From positions 15,311 through 79,310 of the forward strand of contig CAIOZA010000139.1 in the NCBI GenBank assembly GCA_903862655.1: a DNA stretch of 64,000 nt. The letters run 5' to 3'. This DNA is from an uncultured Ignavibacteria bacterium (GTDB lineage: Bacteria > Bacteroidota > Ignavibacteria > Kapaibacteriales > UBA2268). The first letter of the stretch is position 1; each line of letters starts with the position of its first letter. Shown here piece after piece: positions 55,502 through 64,000 of this stretch. Under the pieces are notes generated by a model. The model did not search any database. It was not told the origin of the DNA and saw nothing but the letters and a program-made list of their open reading frames with translations. A program made the translations under genes and the position numbers.

Positions 55502-56107
55502 TTAATTACAACCTAAATTTCTACATTCTGTTTCCCATTCTTCATAAATTGTTTTCCCAGGTGGTGGCAATTGAGGTTGTCCTAATGGGCACATTTCGAC
55601 TCCAATAGGGATACAACCTAAAGGTGTTATTACATTATGTGGAACAAGGTGAGTAAAGTCTGTACAAATTTTATATGTACATTCACACTTGCCTTGGGAT
55701 ATACATGATACTAACTTTAAAACTCCATGATTAGGATCATTTACAAATTTCCAACAATCTACCCTTGTAAATATAGCTAAAGTAGATTGCAATGGACAAG
55801 GTGGATAAATGGGTGCAGTAAATAAATCAGATATCATAGCCATTTCTACAGCACGCCAAAAATCCAAATTTTATGTAATATCAAAAGCACATGAAATATC
55901 CATTTCTGTCCTATCATAAGTTATATGAGTGACACCCATTGGATCTATCATATAACAGTAATATATGGTTCCTTGACAAGTAGGATTTGTATATATAAAA
56001 GGGACTGATCTAGGCGTATACCCGTCAGGACATATTGCTTCTACTTCATTCGTAAATAATAGAATGAAAGATAGAATAAAAGTTACAATCAAAAGTTTAT
56101 AATACAT
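55502..56107 (-). pseudogene. Cys-rich secreted protein paralog (Cys-B) interrupted by one in-frame TAA
   Basis: ORFs 55871-56107 and 55502-55867 are in the same frame, separated only by TAA (55871-55873) and one codon. The read-through sequence ...ISCAFDIT*NLDFWRAVEMAMI... is collinear with KLCFSDGVLFQKAIGIML of Cys-A. Later matches are CWKF/CWKW and CECTYKIC/CCTINYKIC. Confidence 0.6.
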
Positions 56108-56350
56108 AATAAAACTCCATTTATATTTTATTTTAAATTTATAATGAATTAAATTTGTAGCTGATAAACTGTTCATATTTCATAGATTGTTGCAGTTTAT
56201 CTGTGTTAGTGGAGCTGGTGGGGGCATTAATTCTGTCGGCTCCGCTTCTTTTTTATGCCCCAATTATGCAATGGTGTTCATATCATCTCCAAAAAGATGT
56301 ATTTATTGGATTTTTAGGAAATTCAAACTATTTTAATTTAGAATTCCCCT
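56108..56350 (-). promoter_or_regulatory. conserved 5' leader / upstream region, copy B (shared with 36732-36975)
   Basis: Mini-ORF ATGAACACCATTGCATAA (56264-56281) preceded by GGAG, and a 9-bp stem at 56163-56201 with a loop different from copy A. Weaker similarity continues to about 56550. Confidence 0.6.
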
Positions 56351-56567
56351 GTCATTTTTATAATGTGAAAAATATAACTTTAAAGAACATGATATAAAAA
56401 TTATTCAATTTTTCTGCTGTTAAATTATAAAGAAATAAAATCAATTCAAAGCTTTATTTAATGACTAGTAGTGACTTTAGCTAGCTAATAGCAAAAAAAA
56501 GCCAATTTCCAATTGAAAAATATTATTGGAAAAGTAATGTAATTTTTTAGGATTGGTGGATATGTTT

Positions 56568-57911
56568 TTAGGTCCTATCCTTCTCCTCATTATATCTCTC
56601 ACTCCAAAACTTCTTCAGTCTTTCGTAGAAGTCTTTTTCTCTACCCATTGTGCCCGGTTTGTAGAATGTGATGGGTTTCTCGCCTTCGGGAAAATAATGT
56701 TCCTTGATGAAGTGCTGATCATAGCTGTGGGGATACTTATAGTCAGTGCCATAGCCTTCGGATTTCATATATTTTGTTGGAGCATTTCTCAGATGTAATG
56801 GAACGTTAAGGTTCATCCCGCTTTTTACTGCCTGAGTAGCTTTTTCGATACCGAAATAAGATGAATTTGATTTGGGTGCCGATGCCAGATAGGTTACTGC
56901 CTGAGCAAGATTGATCCTGCATTCGGGCATACCGATAAGCTCGACTGCCTGGAATACTGATACAGCAAGAATGATTGCCGTCGGATCGGCATTGCCGATG
57001 TCCTCACTTGCGAATATCACCATTCTTCTGGCAATGAAACGCGCATCTTCTCCTGCATCAAGCATTTTTGCAAGCCAGAGAAGAGCTGCATCGGGGTCGG
57101 AACCTCTCAAAGATTTGATAAAAGCAGAAATGGTATCGTAGTGATTCTCACCCTTTTTGTCATATTGCGCAGTTCTTTGCTGTAATGCTTTTTCGAATGT
57201 TTTCCGTTTGAGTATAATTTTTTCTTCTGTTGTCTTCTTACCGGTATATTTGAAAGCAAGATCGAGAGCATTGAGTGCTGTTCTTGCATCGCCAGCCGAA
57301 ATTGTCAGAAGGAAATCCCAGTCCTCTATTTCAATGTCAAAGGTTTTCAGAATCGGATCTTCTGCCAATGCTCTTTCCACGACATTCTTTATATCATCAT
57401 CACTCAACGGAAGTAAGCGGTAGATCTGGCATCGGCTGAGAAGAGCCGAGTTGACTTCGAAGGATGGATTTTCAGTAGTTGCACCTACAAGAGTAACGAT
57501 ACCCTTTTCAACTGCGTGGAGAAGGGCGTCCTGCTGATTTTTATTGAATCTGTGGATTTCGTCGATGAATAGCAGAACTTTTCTGCCTCTTTTACGCATT
57601 AGTCCGGCTTTTGCGATAATTTCCCGAACCTCTTTAACACCTGCATCGACCGCAGAGAGCCTTTCGAAATGATAATTGGTAATCTCGGCTATTAAAAGAG
57701 CAAACGTCGTCTTACCGACACCGGGAGGACCCCAGAACACCATCGATGGAAACTCACCTGAATCAAAAAATGCTTTGAGAGGACCATCCTCACCAATCAG
57801 ATGCTCCTGCCCCACCATTTCATTCAAATGTCTTGGACGGCATCGATCAGCCAGCGGTGCCGAAAGATTGACCGGATCAGAAGTTTCCTGAGTTTGAAAT
57901 AGCTCATCCAT
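56568..57911 (-). CDS. rarA: replication-associated recombination protein A (AAA+ ATPase)
   Basis: LADRCRPRHLNEMVGQEHLIG, Walker A GPPGVGKTT, FIDEIHRFNK and the C-terminal MgsA domain. Confidence 0.9.
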   Translation of the reverse strand: MDELFQTQETSDPVNLSAPLADRCRPRHLNEMVGQEHLIGEDGPLKAFFDSGEFPSMVFWGPPGVGKTTFALLIAEITNYHFERLSAVDAGVKEVREIIAKAGLMRKRGRKVLLFIDEIHRFNKNQQDALLHAVEKGIVTLVGATTENPSFEVNSALLSRCQIYRLLPLSDDDIKNVVERALAEDPILKTFDIEIEDWDFLLTISAGDARTALNALDLAFKYTGKKTTEEKIILKRKTFEKALQQRTAQYDKKGENHYDTISAFIKSLRGSDPDAALLWLAKMLDAGEDARFIARRMVIFASEDIGNADPTAIILAVSVFQAVELIGMPECRINLAQAVTYLASAPKSNSSYFGIEKATQAVKSGMNLNVPLHLRNAPTKYMKSEGYGTDYKYPHSYDQHFIKEHYFPEGEKPITFYKPGTMGREKDFYERLKKFWSERYNEEKDRT

Positions 57912-57926
57912 AGCGTTCTCGAAATA

Positions 57927-59042
57927 TTAAACTGATTTTAGAATTTCTGCTATTTGCTGCGATGTAGTGCCATCGCCATAAGGGTTAACGCATTCCGACA
58001 TTTCAGAATAAAGCACAGCATTATCCAAAAGAAGAGAAGTTTCATTGACAATCTTATTTTTGTCAGAGCCGACAAGCTTTGCAGTTCCGGCATCGATACC
58101 TTCAGTTCGTTCGGTAACCTCTCTCATAACAAGGACAGGCTTACCGAGAGCCGGTGCTTCTTCCTGAATTCCACCGGAATCAGTCAGCACGAGATACGAT
58201 TTCTTTAAAAGCCAGAGCATTGCAGGATAATCCAGAGGATCGATCAAATGAATATTTGAAATGTCCTTCAATATTGTTCTTACGGTATCCTGTACGTTTG
58301 GATTGAGATGAACAGGATAAACAATTTCGACATCGGGATATTTGGTTGCTATTTCTTTGAGAGCATTACAAATATTCTCGAATGGCTCACCAAAACTTTC
58401 TCTGCGATGACCTGTAACAAGTATTATTCGTTTGCTTAAATCAATTCCGCTGAATAGTTTTATGAAGTCATCATCTCCCCTACTCTCAATAATATTCAAA
58501 CCAAGCAGAAGTGCGTCGATAACAGTATTCCCAACTACAAAGACATTGTCATTTATTCCTTCGTTAGCAAGATTAATCTTGTTCTGTTCTGTTGGAGTGA
58601 AGTGCCAGTCTGCTATCCGCGTTGTCAGAGTCCTGTTGATTTCTTCGGGAAAGGGAGAATATTTATTCCAGCTTCTGAGACCTGCTTCCAGATGAGCTAC
58701 CTTTATCTGTAGATAAAAAGCGGCTAAAGCCCCGATGAATGTTGATGTAGTATCACCCTGAACAAAAATGATATCAGGTTTGAAATCTAAAAGAACAGGC
58801 TCAAGATTTGTCAATATTCTAGCGGTTAGTTTTGCCAACGTTTGGTTCGGAGTCATAAGATCCAGATCATAATCTGGAACAATACCAAAGAAATTCAGCA
58901 CCTGATCGAGCATTTCGCGATGCTGGGCTGTAACACAGATTCGAACATCAAAATCATTTGTGTGCTTTTTTAGCTCAGTATAAAGCGGAGCCATTTTGAT
59001 AGCTTCTGGTCTGGTACCGAATATCAGAAGAATTTTTTTCAT
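57927..59042 (-). CDS. wecB: UDP-N-acetylglucosamine 2-epimerase (non-hydrolysing)
   Basis: IFGTRPEAIKMAPL, VTAQHREMLDQVL and DSGGIQEEAPALGKPVLVMR. Confidence 0.85.
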   Translation of the reverse strand: MKKILLIFGTRPEAIKMAPLYTELKKHTNDFDVRICVTAQHREMLDQVLNFFGIVPDYDLDLMTPNQTLAKLTARILTNLEPVLLDFKPDIIFVQGDTTSTFIGALAAFYLQIKVAHLEAGLRSWNKYSPFPEEINRTLTTRIADWHFTPTEQNKINLANEGINDNVFVVGNTVIDALLLGLNIIESRGDDDFIKLFSGIDLSKRIILVTGHRRESFGEPFENICNALKEIATKYPDVEIVYPVHLNPNVQDTVRTILKDISNIHLIDPLDYPAMLWLLKKSYLVLTDSGGIQEEAPALGKPVLVMREVTERTEGIDAGTAKLVGSDKNKIVNETSLLLDNAVLYSEMSECVNPYGDGTTSQQIAEILKSV

Positions 59043-60142
59043 GCGAAAACCTTCTGTCTTATCACAGTTACTATTCTCTCAGCGGCTTTACCATCCCAGA
59101 GAGGTGGAATTTTCCCGATTCTGGGTTCTGACTTCAAATGAGCATCTACAGCATTGATAATATTCTCTTTTGTTGGTAGAACAAGTTTATTCGTACCCAA
59201 TGAGATTGTTATCGGTCTTTCAGTCGTTGTTCTGGCTGTGATGCAGGGAATTCCCAGAACTGTTGTTTCTTCCTGAATTCCACCTGAATCGGTAAGAACA
59301 AAATCAGAATTCATCATTAGAGAGAGAAAATTGATATAGCCTTGTGGATCGATAAATTTGATTCTATCATTTTTCAAAAATTCTTCCAAGCCAAATTTTA
59401 CGATATTCCCTCTGGTTCTTGGATGAACCGGGAATACGACAGTTCTTGCATTAGATATATGAGCAAGAACCTCGAGCATATCTTTCAGACTTTCGGGTTC
59501 GTCAACGTTGCTTGGACGATGAATCGTAATAAGCGAGTATTCCTTAGGTTTCAAACCAAGTTCAGATAATATGTTCGATTCTTTTGCTTTTGGAAGAGCA
59601 TAAAAAAGTGAATCAATCATTGTGTTGCCGACAAAGAACACTTTATCATCGGGAACACCTTCGCGTTTGAGATTGTCCAGTCCGCTTTGCTCTGTTATAA
59701 AATAATAGTCCGTAATCGCATCGGTAGCCATACGGTTGAGTTCTTCTGGCATGAATCTGTCGCCGCTTCTGAGACCTGCTTCGATGTGAGCGGTTTTGAC
59801 GGCACATTTAGCAGCAGTAAGAGTACAGGCAATTGTCGAATTTACATCACCAACGACTATTACAAGATCTGGTTTATAATCAAGAATAATTTTCTCGAAT
59901 TCGACCATGATTCTTGCAGTCTGTTCGGCATGGCTTCCGGAGCCAATACCAAGAAAGAACTTTGGCTGTGGCATATCGAGATCTGCAAAAAAAGCATCGG
60001 ACATATTTGCATCGTAATGTTGTCCTGTATGGCAGATTACATGTTCAAAATCATCTTTAAATACTTCAAAAGCTCTGTGAATAGGTGCCACTTTCATGAA
60101 ATTTGGTCTTGCACCAACAACCGATATTATTTTTTTCTTCAT
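59039..60142 (-). CDS. second UDP-N-acetylglucosamine 2-epimerase-family protein
   Basis: VVGARPNFMKVAPI, HTGQHYD and DSGGIQEETTVLGIPCITAR. Overlaps both neighbours by 1-4 nt. Confidence 0.8.
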   Translation of the reverse strand: MKKKIISVVGARPNFMKVAPIHRAFEVFKDDFEHVICHTGQHYDANMSDAFFADLDMPQPKFFLGIGSGSHAEQTARIMVEFEKIILDYKPDLVIVVGDVNSTIACTLTAAKCAVKTAHIEAGLRSGDRFMPEELNRMATDAITDYYFITEQSGLDNLKREGVPDDKVFFVGNTMIDSLFYALPKAKESNILSELGLKPKEYSLITIHRPSNVDEPESLKDMLEVLAHISNARTVVFPVHPRTRGNIVKFGLEEFLKNDRIKFIDPQGYINFLSLMMNSDFVLTDSGGIQEETTVLGIPCITARTTTERPITISLGTNKLVLPTKENIINAVDAHLKSEPRIGKIPPLWDGKAAERIVTVIRQKVFA

Positions 60143-61185
60143 TATCTGCCACTATACATTAAATCGTAATACTTCTGATATTCGCCTGAGATCACATTCT
60201 CCATCCATTCTGTGTTGCTGAGATACCAATCAATTGTTGTCCCGATTTGTTCACTAAATTGAAATTTTGGTTCCCAGTCTAATTCATTCTTAATTTTTGA
60301 CGCATCTATCGCATATCTTCTGTCATGTCCCAATCTATCGGTTACATATTTAATTAGTGAATGCGGTTTACCAAGATAATCAAGGATCATGGTAACGATA
60401 TCAATATTCTTGATTTCATTATTTCCCCCAATATTATATACATCCCCCAATTTGCCACTTTGAAGAACAGCAAGAATAGCTTCGCAATGGTCCTGAACGT
60501 ACAACCAATCGCGGATATTTTTCCCGTCACCATAGACAGGAAGCTGTTTATCATTCACAGCATTGTTAATCATCAATGGTATCAGCTTTTCAGGAAATTG
60601 ATAAGGTCCATAATTATTTGAACATCTTGTTATCAGAACAGGAAAACCGAAAGTATCGAAATAAGCCTGTGCTAATAAGTCAGCAGATGCTTTTGATGCA
60701 GAGTAAGGACTATGAGGCTGAATCGGAGTTGATTCGGTGAATTTAATCTCAGGATTATCCTCAGGAAGAGTACCGTAAACTTCGTCCGTCGAAACCTGGA
60801 GGAAACGCTTTGAATCGAATCTTTCTTTCCATGTGGTTTTGGCAACATTCAAAAGATTTGCAGAGCCAAGAACATTTGTTTCGATAAACAGATTGGGCTG
60901 AAGTATTGATCTGTCCACATGTGATTCGGCAGCGAAGTTAACGATAAAATCAATATCATGATCTGTGAAAATTTTTGTAAGAATCATCTCATCGCAGATA
61001 TCGCCATGAACAAAGACATATCTCTTCGGATATTTTTCTTCAATGCCAAGCAGATTGCCCAAATTGCCGGCATAGGTCAGCTTATCCAGGTTAATTACGA
61101 AATAGTCCGGCTCGGAATCCAGTATCAGTCTTATAAAATTACTGCCTATAAATCCGGCTCCACCGGTAACAAGAATTGTCTTCAT
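60142..61185 (-). CDS. rfbB: dTDP-glucose 4,6-dehydratase
   Basis: ILVTGGAGFIGSNF, LDKLTYAGNLGNL and YSASKASADLL. Confidence 0.9.
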   Translation of the reverse strand: MKTILVTGGAGFIGSNFIRLILDSEPDYFVINLDKLTYAGNLGNLLGIEEKYPKRYVFVHGDICDEMILTKIFTDHDIDFIVNFAAESHVDRSILQPNLFIETNVLGSANLLNVAKTTWKERFDSKRFLQVSTDEVYGTLPEDNPEIKFTESTPIQPHSPYSASKASADLLAQAYFDTFGFPVLITRCSNNYGPYQFPEKLIPLMINNAVNDKQLPVYGDGKNIRDWLYVQDHCEAILAVLQSGKLGDVYNIGGNNEIKNIDIVTMILDYLGKPHSLIKYVTDRLGHDRRYAIDASKIKNELDWEPKFQFSEQIGTTIDWYLSNTEWMENVISGEYQKYYDLMYSGR

Positions 61186-61370
61186 GTTGTAATTTAATTA
61201 TTGTCAATACGAATATGTAAATTAATAAAAAATAACGAGATTGAGAAGGAAATGGCTCGAACAAAAAATAGCATCAGACTCATAATCAAGCCTGATACTA
61301 TTTGGTTGAAATTTAAGTTATTATCCCGAATTGTGCATTAGAATATATTCAATGTTCTGATTGCCGTATA

Positions 61371-61481
61371 TTTGTGTCATTCCTGTGCATACAGGAATCT
61401 ATGATTTTCTTCGCGTAAAAAAGATTCCTGCATTAGCTTCGCTTCTACTTCGTGGTCGCAGGAATGACAGACTGTGTGCGG
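61371..61481. repeat. intergenic repeat family R1, full copy
   Basis: Perfect 10-bp termini gtcattcctg (61376-61385) / caggaatgac (61459-61468), with the same inner hairpins as the copy at 52398-52508. Confidence 0.85.
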
Positions 61482-61523
61482 TATTACATTAATTATATTT
61501 TCTTTATAACGAAGAATTCAGGA

Positions 61524-62456
61524 TTATAATTTTTTGAAATACTCTAAAGTAAGCTCAAGTCCTTTTCTGAGATCATATTCGGGACTCCATCCAAGAATTG
61601 ATTTCGATTTATCGATATTGAGACAATTTCTAGTGAGATCGCCCTGGCGCGGTGGGCCAAAACTATGCTCGACTGTCAATCCGCTGATTTCCTTGATCAT
61701 ATCAAATAATTCAAGAGTCGATGAAGGCACACCAGTTCCGACATTGAAGATATCAGTTCCCGGATAATCCTTTGCTTTAGCCAGAGCAGAGACAACATCA
61801 GCAACATAAACGTAATCGCGGTACATTCCACCTGTTTGGTGTGGATAGGAATAGATCTTTACAGGTTTTCCAGATAGAACATTCTGAACAAAGATTGTTA
61901 CAACACCGGATTCATGGGCTGACACCTGTCGAGGTCCATAAACGTTGGCAAAGCGTGTAACAACGTAATCCAAGCCATGCTGCTTTTGATAAAAACTCAA
62001 ATAGTGTTCAGATGTATATTTAGCAATTGCATAGGGAGAAAATGGCTCGGGCTGGGTTTTCTCGGTTGTAGGATATTCTTCGGATTCGCCATAGATAGCT
62101 CCGCCGCTGGAGCTGAAGACAAATTTCTTCACTTCATGTTTGACTGATGCCTGAAGTATGTTCAGCAGACCACGGATATTAATATCCATATCGAAGATTG
62201 GATTTTCGACAGAAAACGGAACGCTCATCTGAGCAGCGAGATGATAGACTATATCCGGTTTTTCGATCTCAAAGATTTTGTCAATCACTTCATCCCTGAT
62301 ATCGGCAAGGTAAAACTTAGCTTTGGGATTGATATAACTCAAACGTCCCGAATAGAGATTATCGACAATAACAATCTGTTCGCCCTGCTCAATCAGTTTA
62401 TCTGCAAGATGTGAACCAATAAATCCTGCTCCGCCTGTAATGATTATCTTAGACAT
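61524..62456 (-). CDS. NAD-dependent nucleotide-sugar epimerase/dehydratase (GalE-like SDR)
   Basis: IIITGGAGFIGSHL and YAIAKYTSE (YxxxK). Substrate is not assignable from the sequence. Confidence 0.8.
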   Translation of the reverse strand: MSKIIITGGAGFIGSHLADKLIEQGEQIVIVDNLYSGRLSYINPKAKFYLADIRDEVIDKIFEIEKPDIVYHLAAQMSVPFSVENPIFDMDINIRGLLNILQASVKHEVKKFVFSSSGGAIYGESEEYPTTEKTQPEPFSPYAIAKYTSEHYLSFYQKQHGLDYVVTRFANVYGPRQVSAHESGVVTIFVQNVLSGKPVKIYSYPHQTGGMYRDYVYVADVVSALAKAKDYPGTDIFNVGTGVPSSTLELFDMIKEISGLTVEHSFGPPRQGDLTRNCLNIDKSKSILGWSPEYDLRKGLELTLEYFKKL

Positions 62457-62585
62457 AAATTCTCAGAGATGATATTAATATTAAACTTAAAATTAAGGAA
62501 AAAAAATGAAATTGGGTTGATTATAGTTAAAGAAATTCAGGAATCCAATGGATTCTCATGATGAATATTGAAACCAGAAAAATAC

Positions 62586-62695
62586 AATTACACAGAGAGC
62601 CACAGAGGTTGGAATTTCTCTGTGTAACTCTTGTATTCCTCTGTGCAACTCTGTGTAATTTCTTTAATAACGTTTTGAGAACCACAGAGAAAACC
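62586..62695. repeat. intergenic repeat family R2 (CACAGAG element), copy 2
   Basis: aattacacagagagccacagaggttggaatttctctgtgtaactcttgtattcctctgtgcaactctgtgtaattt aligns with 34045-34120. The track ORF 62558-62812 is a translation of this repeat. Confidence 0.85.
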
Positions 62696-62749
62696 GTAAA
62701 ACTAATTTGTTTTCTACAATCAGGCCGCTACAACGTAGCTGAGTACAAA

Positions 62750-64000
62750 TTACAACTTAACAAATTTCCCAACCTTATCCCCAATCCTCACAAAATACAT
62801 TCCCGGTGCTAAGCTGGAAACTTCGACACGTAAGGGCAATTCATGAATTGCCGCTACAGACAATACCGTTTGTCCATAAACATCATATATCCTCACATCG
62901 TTTTGTAAGGGCGAACGGCCGTTCGCCCCTACGGATATTTCTATGAAATCGGAGGAGGGATTGGGAGAAATTGAAAAATCGGATTGATTATAATTTATGA
63001 ATTCATCATCTACTCCTAAAGGAATTTGTTGCTTAGCAAACCATACTACATCTGATTTGATCAGCGAATCATATGAAGATATTACGAACAAGCTGTCATT
63101 AAATGCCTTAAAATAAAATGTCGAATATCTTTGACGTGGTGTAATATTCTTCCAATCATAAGGATTTGCTTCTAAATCATCATTAGACAGCAATTCCATT
63201 TTGATACCATCAGTTAAGTAATAAATGGTATTTACAAGCGTTTTGCTTCCGATTCTGGAAACATTATTTACACTCAAATCTGTTTGTGAATACAATGAAT
63301 CAATAGTCTTATTTTTCAAATTCAGTCTATATATTGTTCCCAAGTAAGACGAATCCTGCTGGGTGCTGACATTATAAAAAACTATATTGTCACCTGACTT
63401 TTTGCCATTTGGGAGATATAGCTCTAAATCAGTAACATTAGATAGAATAGATTCTTCTTGCCATGTTAATCCAGCATCTAGAGAGCTAAGCAATGTATAA
63501 TATATTTTGTTATATTTCACAATTTTGTCAATTTCTTCTCTTTCCCTATAATTGATGACAACAGCATACATTTTTCCATTCTCAAACGTATCGATAAATA
63601 GAAAATTCAATGAATCTAGTACAGTCCTGACGATTTCATTCATTTCATTGTCAAGGCGGGAAATAATTGTATAATAATATTTGTCAAGAAAATGACCGGG
63701 TATAATTAGAAGATTGTTGTTTTTATTTTTTAAACTAAATTTCTTTGGTGCCTGAGCATATTTTAATTTAGAGTTATCTTTCAGTATAACATTCTCACCA
63801 CCATCATTTGTATAGGCGAAATTTGATCTGCCAGATATATTAATGCTAATAAATATGTAGCCGTTATTTTTATCAGAAAAAAATGTACTTCCAAAGTTAG
63901 AATAATCTGCAAAATCAGAATATCGATATTCATTTGAATAATTCTTTTGCGACAACCAAGTTGAGCCACCATTAGTTGTTCTTTCGAATTTTACATAAGG
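62750..64000 (-). CDS. BNR/Asp-box repeat protein with T9SS C-terminal sorting domain (BNR-C); N-terminus runs off the window
   Basis: The frame stays open upstream of the track start to position 64000 (PYVKFERTTNGGSTWLSQKNY...). Asp-boxes TTNGGSTW, TNDGGENV and SLDAGLTW. The CTD ISPNPSSDFIEISV...GMYFVRIGDKVGKFVKL is about 80 percent identical at nucleotide level to the BNR-A CTD. Confidence 0.8.
   Translation of the reverse strand, partial: PYVKFERTTNGGSTWLSQKNYSNEYRYSDFADYSNFGSTFFSDKNNGYIFISINISGRSNFAYTNDGGENVILKDNSKLKYAQAPKKFSLKNKNNNLLIIPGHFLDKYYYTIISRLDNEMNEIVRTVLDSLNFLFIDTFENGKMYAVVINYREREEIDKIVKYNKIYYTLLSSLDAGLTWQEESILSNVTDLELYLPNGKKSGDNIVFYNVSTQQDSSYLGTIYRLNLKNKTIDSLYSQTDLSVNNVSRIGSKTLVNTIYYLTDGIKMELLSNDDLEANPYDWKNITPRQRYSTFYFKAFNDSLFVISSYDSLIKSDVVWFAKQQIPLGVDDEFINYNQSDFSISPNPSSDFIEISVGANGRSPLQNDVRIYDVYGQTVLSVAAIHELPLRVEVSSLAPGMYFVRIGDKVGKFVKL

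Noticed and set aside
56203-56397. 64-aa plus-strand ORF within leader copy B.
   Set aside because: The homologous frame in leader copy A (36840-36960) is broken by stop codons although the DNA is conserved. The conservation is therefore not protein-coding on that strand.
57927-62456. A nucleotide-sugar gene cluster with two tandem wecB-family epimerases.
   Set aside because: This is ordinary surface-polysaccharide biosynthesis content. Paralogous 2-epimerases with different substrates are common in such loci. Apart from the inserted R1 repeat at 61371-61481, which is reported separately, I saw nothing unusual in the sequence.
62558-62812. 84-aa plus-strand ORF (HREPQRLEFLCVTLVFLCATLCNF).
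   Set aside because: It is a read-through translation of the R2 palindromic repeat. The peptide is typical of repeat-derived artefacts.

Overview
The window is visibly AT-rich and densely coding, with no rRNA, CRISPR array, transposase or integrase. Several proteins carry type IX secretion C-terminal sorting domains (T9SS CTDs), and there is an LVIVD lipoprotein and a Bacteroides-type long Fcl. Together these suggest an FCB-group bacterium (Bacteroidota or Ignavibacteriota-like), but that is inference only.

Gene content in order:
- A TPP enzyme and a DJ-1-like gene.
- A CheB/CheR-PAS fusion followed by four tandem paralogous PAS histidine kinases. A fifth paralog lies at 28.5 kb, and no response regulator is present.
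- A TPR membrane protein, an LVIVD lipoprotein, gmd-fcl and sbcDC.
- A DUF5686-like protein, a phosphoesterase, pirin, tRNA-Lys and dxs.
- tRNA-Leu and tRNA-Val, nifU-like, tatC and two polyprenyl synthases.
- fbp, usp, BI-1, xseAB, an L,D-transpeptidase, a GT9 enzyme, rnhA and rarA.
- A nucleotide-sugar cluster (two wecB paralogs, rfbB, an epimerase).

The accessory parts are the most interesting:
1. A twice-occurring module has a long conserved non-coding leader, then a Cys-rich secreted protein, then a BNR/Asp-box T9SS protein. The leader is far better conserved than the genes it precedes. It contains a 5-codon mini-ORF and a hairpin with conserved stems and a variable loop. One of the Cys-rich genes is split by a single in-frame TAA.
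2. A WYL regulator is divergently paired with an ARPP-1-like protein.
3. Two tandem UmuD-like S24 peptidases have complementary defects: one keeps the cleavage site but lacks the Ser nucleophile, the other is the reverse. No polymerase partner is present.
4. GC-rich 28-nt palindromic modules sit in-frame at the same two positions of paralogous T9SS CTDs.
5. Two families of structured intergenic repeats are present.

All calls come from reading the sequence and ORF track and from recalled family motifs. No database search was run.
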